The notes: generated from the sequence alone by a model not told the origin. Shown: positions 13,101 through 27,155, counted from the stretch's first letter. The stretch: DNA of 64,000 nt from Paramecium tetraurelia (GCA_000165425.1 CT868003.1:186001-250000); one strand, 5' to 3'. Numbers and translations are program-made.

Positions 13101-16100
13101 GATCTATCTATAACCACTTTTAAGAAACATTCAAACCAATGTTACAAACCAACCAAAACTAAACCTGTGATGTCTAATCAAATTGCATTAGACTGCAAGA
13201 CCATTGAAAATTGCTACAAGAGTTTTAGTATCTAAATAAATCTTTTTTGCTGGGAAGATGAATTTCAAGCTAGTTACGATAGTTAAGTTAATAAAGACTA
13301 CTATTATATTTACAATTACTTTATAGACAATTTGGTAAGTGATTTCGAATTAAACTTTTTGAATCAATAATTTTTAGAATAATTGAACCAATACTAAATT
13401 TAGCAAATCTCAATTGACATTAAATTTATATCAAGTACAGGAGAATGCTCATTTGAAAATGACAAGATTATTTTAAATTAGAAATTCATTAAATACATTT
13501 TTAATCTCTAGAGAGTCAACCTTAAATTTTATTCTGAAGATATAATGAGTTTCCATTTGCCTGATTTGCTGCAGTTGTAAGATTATTCAACTTTGATTTT
13601 TTAAAATATTATTTTTATTGGAAATAACAACATTACAGTAATAGATGCAACATCATAGAATTCTCATTTTCAAATTTAAATTCATGATTGCTAATATATA
13701 AATTTTTATAACGATTGGATGAATGCTGCTTTTCAATTCAAATTCCAATAAGTTTAGACTATTATCATATAAAACTTCAAGATATAAAATGTTAAATTAT
13801 TTAATTTTGGAATATTTAATATAAAGGTTTTGGCACCAGATTTTAGTTTAGAAGTCAATTAATTGCAAATATTGGATTCAGCCTTTACAAATTTAAATAT
13901 CTTTGATATTTAAAATCCATCAAATTTTGATTTGAATATCAAATTTGAAGACATTATGATAAAGGCTAGCCTTTACAATTCATCCTTTATCATATCTAGA
14001 AACTCGGATAAATTGATTGGAGTGCTTAACTTATTAAAGTTCAATTTAGTTGAGAGTCATCTCTATGGATCCAAATATTTGTTTGATTTAAGAACATAAA
14101 CAACAAACTTGGTTGATTGTCTTTTAGAATCAACTACATTATACGACGAAGCTTCATTGATGTATTCTTTTGGATTCAATTTATAAAATGTTAAGATAAC
14201 CAAAAGTACTATTTACTTTGGCACATTCTTCACAAATTATGATGAGAATTACTATTAAATCAATTAGGATTTAGCTTTGACTTGGAAACAACTTTCATTT
14301 GAGTAAATCTCCTATTCTAATTATAATCAATTCATCATTATCAAGAACAATACTAGTACTGAAATTGATATCTAAGACTTCTCAATAAAAGGTAATATTT
14401 TGAATAAAGATTCTCTCAAAAAGAGCAACTATCTAAAATCCTTAGTGTATTTAGAAGGTAAAAAATTGGTTATTAATGACTTAAAAATAATTAAATTGAC
14501 AGGAATCATAGAGTTATCTTTATAATTTGACTCAATAGAAATAAGAAAGAGTGTGATAACATAAAAAGCTGAAGCCTAAATAATTATTTAGCCTTCCTTG
14601 TCTTGCTTACATAACTATTATGATCTTCAGTTGTATACCCCTATTATCCAGGTTGTAAACACAAGATCAGTATTGATAGATAGTTTATAAATTTCAAGTT
14701 TGAGTGTGGTTGATAATTACATGATAGGATTTGAAGAGAATGATGGCAATAAGATCACTGTGACGATTTAGAATAGTCAGTTCTTTGATAATAATATCTT
14801 AGTTGAATCCACTTCTGTGAACTCAGGCATAATCAAATTTATTTCAAATTCTGAATCTACAATTGCATTTCAATATAGTCAAGCAGCCAACAACATTTTG
14901 TATTCATACAGTTCCGACCAGAATTCATTATTAGGAACAGTCTTAATGATTTCCAATCTTTTTGGTTCCATAGTAATAAACAACAACCAATTCATCAATA
15001 ACTAAGCAATAAACACAACATTTTCGATCTCATATTTTTATGCCCAATAGGTAACTGTGAAGGATAATTCATTTAAAAATAATAACTTTGATGATTTAGA
15101 ACTAATTTACAACAAAATAAGTGATTCATACGGAGAAGAAGTATATATCGAGCAGATAAAGGAAAACTACAAAATATTATCGAATGGAGGGAATGGATAT
15201 TACAGAGGAGATAATATACTAATTTAAAATTGCATTTTTGATTCATCAACTGCGTTGTATGGAGGGGGACTATACATCCAAACGATTAATAAGGGGAGAA
15301 TAAACATTAATAATTGTCAATTTCTTAATTTAAAAACTGATTTATCGGCAAATTTAGAAGGTATGGGAGGTGCTTTGGTGATTGATGGATCAACTGCTGA
15401 AATTAAATTGACTTTGCACGACTGCACATTTGATAAAGTAATGGCTAAAGTCTTTGGAGGAGCAATATACTTTGATGTTTCACAGAAACTTAACAATATC
15501 GAAATAAAAAATCTAAAACTTAAGAATGTGATGTCTCTCATGGGTTCGTTCATCTATGCATTGTTTAGTAGTTAAGACATTTCAAATTTATTTGTAGACA
15601 ACGTTGCTTGGGAAATGGATTAATCGGTAATATTGTAATATTTTGGGGAATTCAAAGGATTTAAATCTGATTATTCTATGTAAATAAAGGAGAAGAGTAT
15701 GTTGGTAGTAACTTAAAATGGGAATATCAAATTGTAAAATCTTTAAATATTTTCTACTTATTACTTTGGTTTAATTTCGATGATAGATTGCATTCGTTGC
15801 ACAGTTCACAACATTTTGATTAATTAACCAAAAAGAATGTATTATAATGCATTTTACTTTGGGAATAATAACTTATATTCTTCATCCTATATCATTCTGA
15901 ATCAAATTTACTTTGATACTTTGACTGTTTTTCCTTATTCATCTACTACCAATTGCAAAAGTCTTTTGGATATGAAAGTAGAATCGGCACACATAAATTG
16001 CAACTTGAAACGGTTCTTGAGAAGGGGGATATAGTCTGCCATATCCAATACTAAATTTTCAGACAATGGGGATTGCAATTTAAATTTGTTGCTTTAATAC

Positions 16101-19100
16101 TCTTAGAGCTCATAAGGAGTATCTGTGATGGATATATTTCATGGGTATCAGTTGGACGGGTATAAGATGTCCCATGTTTAACATTTTAAGAGTATTACCA
16201 TAATTTCAAGTGCATATGATTATTTGGATGCAACTTTTGATATAGCAATGAATGTTTATTCATAATACAATAAGACTCTGTACTTTAGCGATATTTTCTC
16301 CATCTAAAATACTGCATTTTAGCATGTTAGAATCTCAGGTACACCTGAAAAACAGCGTTTACTTCAACAAAGTAGTGGAAGTTCATTAAGATATCCAATA
16401 TACCTATAGAATTTTATTAATCACTTAGGAAATTTCTGGTCCTATTCAGGCTTTCTAATATACAACTATTAGGCAATGGTATTTAATTTCATCATTACTA
16501 ATATGACTCAATCGGTTTCATATATAATGGAAGCCAATAATGCGTAAAATAATTACCATTTTTACATAAATACCTTAGTGACTGACAATGTCTTATAGGC
16601 CGCGAGTTTATCAAATCCTCTGAGAACAGGTGGTAATCCAATAACTCCTGAGTTAATAATGAGCAATACAATTATCTTATTCAACTATAGAAAAGACTAT
16701 ACTGCATTATCAAACATAGTCGAGTTAAGATCCAAAAGATTGGCTTTTAAATATGATGGTGTTAATTATTTGAGAGCAGTTGAGAAACTGAAAACCGATA
16801 CAAAGATTATTGAAGAAGTTTATGTAAAACCTTACAAAGCACCAGGAGACTCCAATCTAACAAAATATTTGATGCTGCTGCCTCCTAGTGGATAAAGCTT
16901 TGAAAACTATTCTTATTTTGACAAACTTACAGAAGCATATATACCATTGAATATCAACATGTCCATTACGTTAATGAATTCTTAGTTGGAAAAAACAGTT
17001 TTATATACTGGAGCCTAATACAATCTAACTGCAAAATACAGAATAATGAATCAATCGAATCCTATGGAAAATACAACATTTACGGATCTCTCAACAATTT
17101 AGGTTACTGATTCCACTAAAAATGAGAAATTCATTAATGAATTAGTAATCGATTTTGATCCCTATTCAGACCCTTCGCTTTACTATTAATTATCATTTTC
17201 TTGCAATTATATTTTGATTTTCACATACTCTGATTCCTTTCCATATAAGATGAAAAACACAATAACAGATTATGAATTGAGAATGAATATTAGGACTTAT
17301 AAATGTTAAGTAGGAGAATACATCTATTTAAATTAATGTAGATAATGCGATCAGACATAAAATTACTTTTAAGTTTTGGAGGGATAATCTTTCTGTTATT
17401 TTAAGGATGATGTGAGCACAATCCAAGTTTAGAGATTCACTGTACAAATGAAACCAAATTATTGGAGATATGTATTCAATAGCACTAAAATCGAATATTG
17501 CTATCATTTCCCAACTAATTGTTTGGGAGGATGGAAATATGGGGATCAAACATGCATTGAAGGTCATATTGGAGCTTTGTGTGAATAATGTGATCTATAT
17601 AACACAAGAGGAGATGGGTCTTTTTCTGTAAGTTCATAATATAATTGTGGAAGTTGTGAAGATGTTAAATGGAACATCATTATTATTGTTATTATTGCGC
17701 TCTTGTAAATTAATTCATATATCAAATAGCACCTTAATATTGGGAATAATAACAGTTAAGAGCAATGCAGATGATACGGATTCGTTCAACTTATAAGTAA
17801 AAGCATTAGAAGCCTTTGGTATTCCTACTAGTATTAGAATCATGTCCACAATTTTGATTAAACTTTTGACCAACTATGCCTAGATTATTTCGAGTGTTTT
17901 CACCTTTTAACTTACACTTCCACCAGAGATTCAACAATCAACTAATAGTGTAGGTAACCCTACTCAGAGTATGGTGTATTCACTGGATTGCTTTTTGATA
18001 TCTATGTCAGATATGACAATCATGTACTTGGAATTTATTTGGATGGTAGCAACACCCTTCTTTTTCATTTTCATCATCTATTTTGTCTATTTCTTCATTG
18101 TAATACTCAAAATATCCAAATTTAATATGGGAGTTATTAGTACCACCCTTATATACTTTTACATCTATATGCAGCCTAACTTGATTTAGACGTATCTCAA
18201 TTTATATTATATCAATTTAGTATGATATCCCAGTTGAGTAGAAGATCAATATCCGGAGTTGAATTTGTCTAAGGAAATGTAGCATATTTGTTTTAATCTA
18301 AAACTCATCAAAAATGGCTTATCTTTGTAATAGTGCCAATTCTCATGATCATCGGGTTTGTGATTCCTCTGACCCTATGGTATCAAGTCTTTAAGAATTA
18401 AAGAAGAGGCAAACTCAAGGAAATTTCGGTAAGGAACATCTGGGGTTTCTTATACAATGAGTACAAAATCAATGCTTACTATTGGGAGACTATCAAATTA
18501 ATATAGAAACAAACAATCATCATCGCTCTCAACTATTATGAAGATTAAGTAAGTATCAAAGCATCCCTAATACTTTTAATCGTATTTCTATATCACGTCT
18601 TAAGTAACAAAATTAACCCCTACTCTGTTGTTAAACTGAATCGTTTAGATACTTACTGCACTGTAGTGTGTTCTATTTCCATCATATTGTGCTCCACCAT
18701 ATATTCTGCGTAAATTGGAGGTTAATATGAAATTGTGTGGCCATTCTATATTATCACAGCCGCCATTAACTTGCTCTACATCTTAGAGCTCGTCATTGAA
18801 ATCATACTTTCTTATTTAGCTTAATATCAGGAATTGCTAGACAAACTAAAAACATTGATTCGAAATAAGTGTCCTTACTTTGTTGACAACTACCCATGCT
18901 TCTAGAGACTGCTAACTACAAAGTAAGAGAAACAGAGGAAGGTTAGAGAGATTTGGAAGAAAGTTAGGAAGCCCTTAATGGTTAAAGTAGCAAGAGTGAT
19001 AAAGGCAAAGGAGTAAGAAATCATCTAACTTTTAGATATACAGAAAATCATTCCCCTGAATCTTTCTATAGGAGACGAGGTGGAGTCTCTAGTCCTAGTC

Positions 19101-19363
19101 CTATATTTTCATATCGAGGAGATGCAATAAGAGGCGACATGATTGACTCCTAATCCTAATTGAATAGTTCGATGCAAAGGAGATAAAATATGAGTAATCC
19201 TACTATCAAGTTGGTTGAAACTCTCTACTAGCCAAGAAACGAAGAAGAAAAATTAGACCCTCGAACCCAAAGAGACGAATTCTAAGTTGCCGAGGATCCA
19301 TTGAGTCCTCGAATTGTTTATCTCAGTCTCGGTCCAAATACAAGAAGTGTACTAAGAGAATGA
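10109..19363 (+). CDS. Giant surface multi-pass membrane protein (~3000 aa): signal peptide, LamG/ConA-like, furin-like Cys repeats, parallel beta-helix, C-terminal multi-TM region
   Basis: SFSFWFK, FQAWYK and WHFITI..FSGQIGEI motifs; CxxxCxxC repeats at about 11490-13220; GGNGYY, YGGGLYI, GGALVI and FGGAIYF beta-helix motifs; CLGG..CIEGHIGALCEQC; TM helices including WGFLYNEYKINAYYWE. Confidence 0.8.
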
Positions 19364-20538
19364 TATTATTTTTCCAATTCCTTATAAATAAATAGAATCA
19401 TTTTTATTAAAGATAAATAACAAATCTAGAGCTTTTAACTACTTACACCGTTCCTTATTTTCATTCTTATTGAAAGTATATCATTATTTATCAGCATTTA
19501 TTTTTAAATAGAATCCTATTCCAAATTCAAATATCATTTGATATTTAGATAGAATGAATCCAATTTTATTCATTTTCTATTTGAGTTATGAATATCTAGG
19601 AATCTAGATGAATATCTATAATATTTAGAATCAACTATTCTTTTTAAAAAATATAAATTCACTATAAATAATTTTAAATTTATTTAGTATTAATCGTTTT
19701 TAGTATGTATTATAAATAGTTGAATGTATCCTAAACTACAAATATAAATTTATACTTAGACATAGATCAGGGATTGTTAGGATTAAAGATAAGGATTGAG
19801 TGAAAGTACAGAATAAGATCATAAAATTCACCATTTCTGTTTTGGCATAAATATCTTTCCTTGATTCAAGATTCTCTCTGAACCAAAGATTGTAATTCAA
19901 TAAAAAAGTAATTGTAGAATTTTAAATTAATAATTTGAGACCAAAAAAGAGATTAGAGGTTTTTAATGAAAGGTTAATGTGAATAGTTAAGAAAAAAAGA
20001 AATTATTTTTATAATTTCTAGGTTAATTGTTGAAGTGAAGTTAAATAACAAAATTTAAGCAAATAACGATTATAAGGCTAAATAAAAAAGACTTTACCTA
20101 ATCAGAATCTATGTAGTATGATTCTTTTTTGAAGATAAATTTTTAAAATTCTTTAAGTTTAAAAACAAGACAGTTTGGACAAGTGGCATCTTCAATTATA
20201 GGGCAAACAATTAGGAGTAAGGGAAAGCGAGAGATAATATTAATAGATTAGATTTGGAGATGATAAAGTTGGGAAGTAATTTTGGAAATTTTGTAGTTTT
20301 TTGGATCAAATACTAAGAAAAATGAGTAAGTACTTTGAGGAAGAATTCTTAAGTTGGAAATTCTTGAATAATATCAGAGATTGAAGAGGTCATTTCAATA
20401 ATTGAATAGTCTGATTCTATATAAAATTAAATTCTGTTAATAGTCAATCATTAATTGTATGTATTATTACTCTAATGATGATGAATTTTTGTATGATATC
20501 ATTCAATATTACATCATTTAGAATTAAATAATTTTTGA

Positions 20539-22676
20539 ATGATTAAGTAATTGCTTGCTATTGTGGCAATTGGAACACTGTCAATAGTGCCTTACCTTGA
20601 TAACACAGATTACAACCCATGGTTTGAAGGAGATACATTCATCGTCTCTTTGGATGGAAGCATGAAGAGAATTAGTAGATTTGATCCAAACTGGAAACCA
20701 TAATCAGCTTATGAGTAATTATCGAAGTAGATAAATCTAGAGATTACCATGAACAAATCTATCAAGAATAAGAGAGATAGCGCAAAGAGAAAATGTCAGA
20801 CTTCTTGAAGACTACAGCTAACATTTGTACAAATGGAAAGGATCACACCAAATTGACCTTATAAAATTACATGGATGAATTCATCAAAGGTCCTTGCTAA
20901 CCAGCTGTTTTAGTGCCTGGTCTGATTGGTACAGCTTTATAGGTATATATATATAATTCTATAGTCTAATAGGTAAAAATTGATTGCGAAACCTTATAAG
21001 CAAAAAGACCTGATATCTTTGAAAATTGTGGTTGGTAAACTTGCAGTTCATCTAAATTCTGGTTGAAGAAACCAAGTGAAGAATACAGAATGTGGATAGG
21101 TGCCTTAAGCAGTCCTTTTTCAATTGCAATGACCAGCAAGAAGGACAAATGTTTTGGAGATTTCGTTGAACTTTATTATGATAGATCCAAAAAGGATCCA
21201 AGAGACAGATACACAGCAGCCCCAGGAATTGAAATCACTTGGGCTGGTAACACTCCAAAATCAATTGATAACGAATGCGGAACAACAGCCATTTAAGAGA
21301 TCGCCACTGATTCCGTTATCAAGGCAGCAATGTGTGATCCCAAAGGATATCATGTTTTCTCAGACACTCTTAAAAACATGGGTTACATTCCAGGATTAAC
21401 AATGCAAGCTGCCCCATATGATTTCAGAAAATCTATTGCTGCTTCAGAATCCCAATAATACATCAAGAAGTCTGTGGAAACATTCTATAGATTGACAGGA
21501 AAGAAAACCTACATCTTTGGACATTCTTTGGGTTCCCTTCATTCAACAGAGGCAGTGTACTCAATGACTCAAGCATAAAAGGATAAAGTAGCTGGTATTG
21601 TGACAATTGCTGGACCTCTTTTGGGAGCAACTAAGACATTCAAACCTTAAGTAGGTGGAGATGACAGCTTTATGTTTAAAGTGTTACTCTTGGATGCCGG
21701 TATTAACTGGTATGCTCAAAGGAAAATGGCTCGTACATCTGCCAGTATAGTGGATCTATATCCATAAGGACACATTCACAAGATTCAGAGATGCACCATG
21801 GATGTAAGAGATCCTTGACAGAATGGAATGGGATAATGAGTTCATTTCAACTGGAAGGAAACCAACAAGAGCAAATCCTTTACCTTGGTTCCCAGAACCT
21901 AGTGAAGTTTGCGGTGCTGATTTTGCTGACAGATCTAACCATTGCTAATTGTTAATGCACGACATGAGTGAACACTTTTTGAAAGTCGTTGATAAATTGT
22001 ATTATTCAACCACAGAATCCACCAAATAAGCCATTACTGACACCATCACTGCTACTGATGCCTAATAAGTCTTGGATTATGTCGAAGGAAACCACAAGAG
22101 AAAAAGCCAATAATGTTGAACATCCAGGAGTACCTATGATCGTAGTCTATGCTGCTCATGAAATGACTCCATTCCAATTTGAATATACCAAACAACCTAA
22201 ACCCATTGTTGAGTCTACTGATGATTTCTACTTCCCAGATCATATTACCAAAGCCATCGGAGACAGCACAGTTCTTGCCTCCTCATCCATGACTCCAGGT
22301 ATCAAGTGGGTTTATGAACACAAACATGGATTAACCACCATCCCAACTAAATTGGTTGAATATTGTTCATAATATAACGGAGATGCAGTCTCATCTATTT
22401 ATGATTCAAAAGATGCTTAAGGATAAAAACAATTCACTAATTCAGGATATTTGGGTCTTACTTGCTCTTGCAAATTTGGATAAACTGTATATTTATTTCA
22501 TTTATCATTATCAGGGAATCGACCATTGTGGACATGCCTGTATGATTCAAGACACATTATTTATTGAGTTTGCTGCTGATGTTTTAACTCCAAACTGGAA
22601 ATCTACCATTACATCAACACCAGCCACTGAATCTGAACTTAAAAACATCCATGAAGGATGCACCAATTTACATTGA
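20539..22676 (+). CDS. LCAT / group XV phospholipase A2 family acyltransferase with two apparent +1 frame disruptions
   Basis: Signal peptide, PAVLVPGLIGTALQ, AAPYDFR, nucleophile GHSLG, PGVPMIVVY, GDSTV (Asp) and GHACM (His). Introns at ~20715-20740, 20943-20972 and ~22487-22514. Frame breaks near 21768 and 22084. Confidence 0.85.
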
Positions 22677-23283
22677 TTATATCAATAAATCCCAGTAATA
22701 ATTTAAATACCAAAATTAAATATCAATATCCTATTCTATTACAATTTTTAAAGATTTTCAATACATTCTAAAGAGATAATTTATATATACTTAGTTGTGA
22801 ATAGGGCTTTGATATTGAGTTGCTTTAATTGTTTCCTCACTCTTTCGATAGAAGGCTTAATGGTTTGAAACTATTTAAATCTATATTTCTAGAATATGTA
22901 AAAATCATAAGTAATGATTTCATAGCAATTTGTTAATTTAAGCAAAACATACATAACCTCAAAATCTATAAGCCAATACAAACTATATAAATACTTATAT
23001 ATAATTTGAAAAGCACTCTATCTTTTTTGATATATTCATATTCTATTATCAAAAGATATAATATCAGTCAAGTATATTGTTTATTCAAATGATAAATAAT
23101 GTTAGAGAAATAGGAGATTAGAGGGGCATTCTATGTTATTTTATAAATATTAAGAGGATTTCTCTTTGGAACCATAGAGTCTCAAGAATTTATAATAAAT
23201 TTTTAAATTTTCATAATCAGTTTTTATTAGTGATATCACACATAAGTATCCAGAAAACCTTGAATTTACATAATTAGGTTTAA

Positions 23284-23993
23284 ATGCTTTAAAATTAGTG
23301 TTAATTAGTAGAATTTCTAGTCTTTGGATAATCATGTAAATGATGACTTAAACATAGATATTGGTAAAACTTCATTTCTAAAGTCGGCAAAGGGAGAAAA
23401 ATTTGATGAAAATTATTACCCTAATACAGGAATAGAATTAATAATCAAATAGATTAAGATTAGGGATGAAATATAGAAATTATACTTGTGGGAATTTCCA
23501 GGATTTTCAAATTTCAAACAGATAGCAAGAAGGTATTATAAAAGGGCTTAAGGTCTTATATTACTATACGATATAACTGAGTATTAATGTTATTTTAATT
23601 GAACTAGTCATGAGTCATTTATTAATTTAGAAAACTATCTAGAAGAAGCAATTTAGCATCATGATTCACTTTTGAGCATCATCTTGATTGGAAACAAAGT
23701 GGATTTAGATAGTAAAAGATAAGTTTCAATTGAAGAAGCAGAGGATTTTGCTCAAAAAAAGGGATTCCCTTTTTTCGAAATTAGTGCTAAAACTAATCAT
23801 AACATTGATTTAGTACTTGAATATTGTCTTAGTGATGTTCTTGAAAAAGCCAAAATTAAAGGAATTGAATTAAAAGTAATTAGACAATCGATTAATATAG
23901 AAAATTCATATTGATAATGAAGAGCCAGAATCACAAACTTCCAATTCAGTATCTTTAAACTAACAAAAGAAGAATTGGTTTAAGTGTTATTGA
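23284..23993 (+). CDS. Divergent Rab-like small GTPase
   Basis: G1 GQSYIGKT (across a 22-nt intron), G2-like PNTG, G3 WEFPG, YYKRAQG, G4 GNKVD, G5 EISAK; three small introns; ends WFKCY. Confidence 0.85.
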
Positions 23994-24201
23994 TATTTAA
24001 ATTCATTTTAAATAAATAAACCATTAAATAATTTTCTAATGTTAAAGACAATAGAACAACACCGTTTTTAATTGAACTAAGTTAATAGAAATTCAATTAA
24101 TATATTCCATAATTAAAGCATATCATAATATAGAACAAATAAAGTGGGCTTTAAGATAATGTTTAGATGATTGAATTCATTTATATATAAATTATTAAAT
24201 T

Positions 24202-25744
24202 ATGGATTCAAGACTTATAAAATAAGTGAGATAATATAAATTGAGGAAAATATTAGGTCAGGGATCTTTTGCAACTGTGTTTTTAGGGGAAAATCCAAAG
24301 AAAGAAATTTTCGCAATCAAAGAAATCAAACTTGAAGAAGATGACGGATCGGAAGAAGTTCAAAAATTACATTAATATTTCGAATAAGAAATAGAGATTT
24401 ATTTAAAAACAAAGCATGCTAATTTGGTGAGTATGATAGAGGAATTTACTGAAAAGTAGTTTCGCTATTGTGTATTTGAGTATTGTGCCAATGGAGATTT
24501 AAATAACTTTTGGAAAAACAATTTACTCACTGAATAGGAAGCCAAGACGATATTCACATAAATTTTAGCTGGAATGAAATATCTTGCTGAATAATCTATT
24601 GTACACAGAGATTTGAAATTGGATAATATTTTGATAGATGAAAAAAACACAATAAAAATAGCTGATTTTGGGTTTGCTAAATACTATAATTCAGAAGATA
24701 TTTTCGTTTCTTATTGTGGAACTCCAGCAACAATGGCACCAGAAATATTAAAGTATTTATTATAGTTTAAAATTATAGTAAATAGAGTTACGATTTTAAA
24801 TGTGATATTTGGTCATTAGGAGTGATCTTATACTAACTTATTTTTAAGAAATATCATTGGAAGGGAAACGTTCGAAGTATACTTGACTTACAGAAATAGC
24901 TCTAATAGTACAAAGTAAAATTGTTTATTTATTAATATTTAGGTTGAATTTGATAATTAAGTGAAATTATCGGATGAAGGAAAGGATCTCATTAGTAAAA
25001 TGCTAGTTAGTGATAAAGAAAAACGAATTAATTATCAATAATTATTTGCTCATCCTTGGTTGGAAGGAAAACTAGATGAATCCTAAAATTTGTTGGAATC
25101 ATAATGGCTCATCTAATCTAAATTGACAACAAAATAACCAGGGTAGATAATAGGCAATATTATAAAATAATAAAGGAGAGTGAAGGCAGACTTTTGTTAA
25201 ATACTTGATCATTGCATAAAGGATTCTAGGAAGGAAGAGGTGAAAGAAAAATTTAAAAATTTTAGAAAGCAAGTCAATTAAGAAAAATTTAATGTAAGAT
25301 AATATCAATTGATTTAAGATTACAATAAATAGTAATAATTTAATAGACAAACCCGAATTCGAACTCTTTGATTATACATGTGAATTGTATGAATTTTTGA
25401 GCAACCTTTATGATCAATATGAAATGAATTATAGAGAGACTGCAAAAAAAGAGTTGGAATTGATTTAATTCCTAAAGGAAAATCCATTATCTAATAGTAT
25501 CACTTTCAACTTTGATGGATTAAATACACTAGAGTAAATTAAAGTGGTGAGGAATTCTATTGTTGAAGAGGATATAAATGACTTTGAAGATCCTTAAAAT
25601 TGGTAGATAGACACCATAGAGATTGATGAATTTAAGAGAGATGTCGTTGACCTGGTGATTCATGATAGATTTAAACTGAACAAGCTAGATCAGATGTACT
25701 CCTATCATGTTAGTTAGTCTAATAATATATTAAATAAAAATTGA
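24202..25744 (+). CDS. Ser/Thr protein kinase (ULK/ATG1-like or CAMK-like) with helical C-terminal tail
   Basis: [33 protein letters not shown] and DIWSLG all intact. Confidence 0.9.
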
Positions 25745-26210
25745 TATACTTAACTCTAGATTTATTAATTAAACTTCCCATTTCATCATTATTGCTTAGT
25801 AGAAGGGGTACTAGCAATATTGTTCTTGGTTATAAAGTGACTAATTGAAAATCTGATTATTCGTAAGATAGGTAGAATATTGATTTAGTAAACTAAAGAG
25901 TTGCTCTAAAATTGTTGTAAAAATTCTATATCTCTGAGAATTCTAATACTTATAGACAATGTTACATTAAGTTTTTAATAAATATCATAAATTGCCTCAA
26001 TATTATTCTATATAAAAAATGTAATCTAGTTGATTAAAAAAAATATCATATTGTAAGATGACCATTGTTAAAAAAAAGGAACTTAAGAATAAGCCAGATG
26101 AGAAATTATATAATCAACAAAGTAAAAATAAATGTATCTTAAATTTAATTGCACAATTAAAACTTTGTAATTCCTAATCTAATAATTCAATCATTATATA
26201 TCTATTTTAA

Positions 26211-26883
26211 ATGAGCTTAGTATTAGTCGCTAGCAAAACTTGTCCACATTGCATAAGAGTGGTCTTGACTTTAAACCATTTGAAAATTCCTTATGAATTG
26301 AAATACATAGATATCGAGAATAGACCAGATTGGTTTATAAAAGCAAGTCCATTAGAGAGAGTGCCTATTCTATTTGTTGGTGATGCAGTCCTTTTTGAAT
26401 CTCTTGTAATTCTAGATTATATCAATACACTTACTCCTCAATCATTACTTCCAAAAGATAATTTATAGATTGCTTTGAATAGAGCAAGAGCGGAGTTTTC
26501 ATAAGAGATTATTGAAATTCTTTGGAGTGTGTTCTCAGCTAAAACATTAGAAGTAATAATAAATTGATTTTGAGGCTTTTGATTTATAAATGAAAGAATT
26601 GAGATGGCTATTCTCTTCATTGGAAACTTGGCTCTAATAAACAAAATTTATATCCGACAATGTTTTGACTCTGGCTGATTTTGCTTATGCTCCAATTTTC
26701 ACTATAATACCTGCTTTAAAACAGGTTATGAATTTTGATATATTTGATGGTTTTCCAAGATTAAGAGCGTATGTCGATAATCTTCATGCAATCCCTGAAC
26801 TCAAAATGAGTTTAGTAGAAAACTATGATCAGCTTATTTAGAAGAAGATACAATCACGAGAACCATACTTTTGGAAGTAATGA
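26211..26883 (+). CDS. Glutathione S-transferase (omega/DHAR-like), copy 1, CPHC active site
   Basis: KTCPHC, SPLERVPIL, LFESLVILDYI, TLADFAYAP; 22-nt intron at 26553-26574. Confidence 0.9.
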
Positions 26884-27155
26884 AATATAAATAATATTTT
26901 AATCATTTACAGTATTTTATTCAATTGTTTATACAAGGGATCTGAAAGTATCAGTTAGTTTGTTAATCAATTAGGTTAAAGAAATTCAATCAAACCAGAT
27001 TAAATTGTATGAAGAAACTCCATGAATTTCAAAGTGAAAGGAAATTTAATATTTTTATCTTAGAATTGGTGTTAAAAATTGTGAATTGACTTAATATTAG
27101 GAATTTAGAAATTCAAATTCACAAATGATTAAAGTGCTTACTTATAAATTTAATT

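Noticed and set aside
19866..20393. ~175-codon TGA-free frame on the minus strand in a long spacer
   Set aside because: With only one stop codon and a G-poor strand, such frames arise by chance; the product is F/L/K-rich with no recognisable features.
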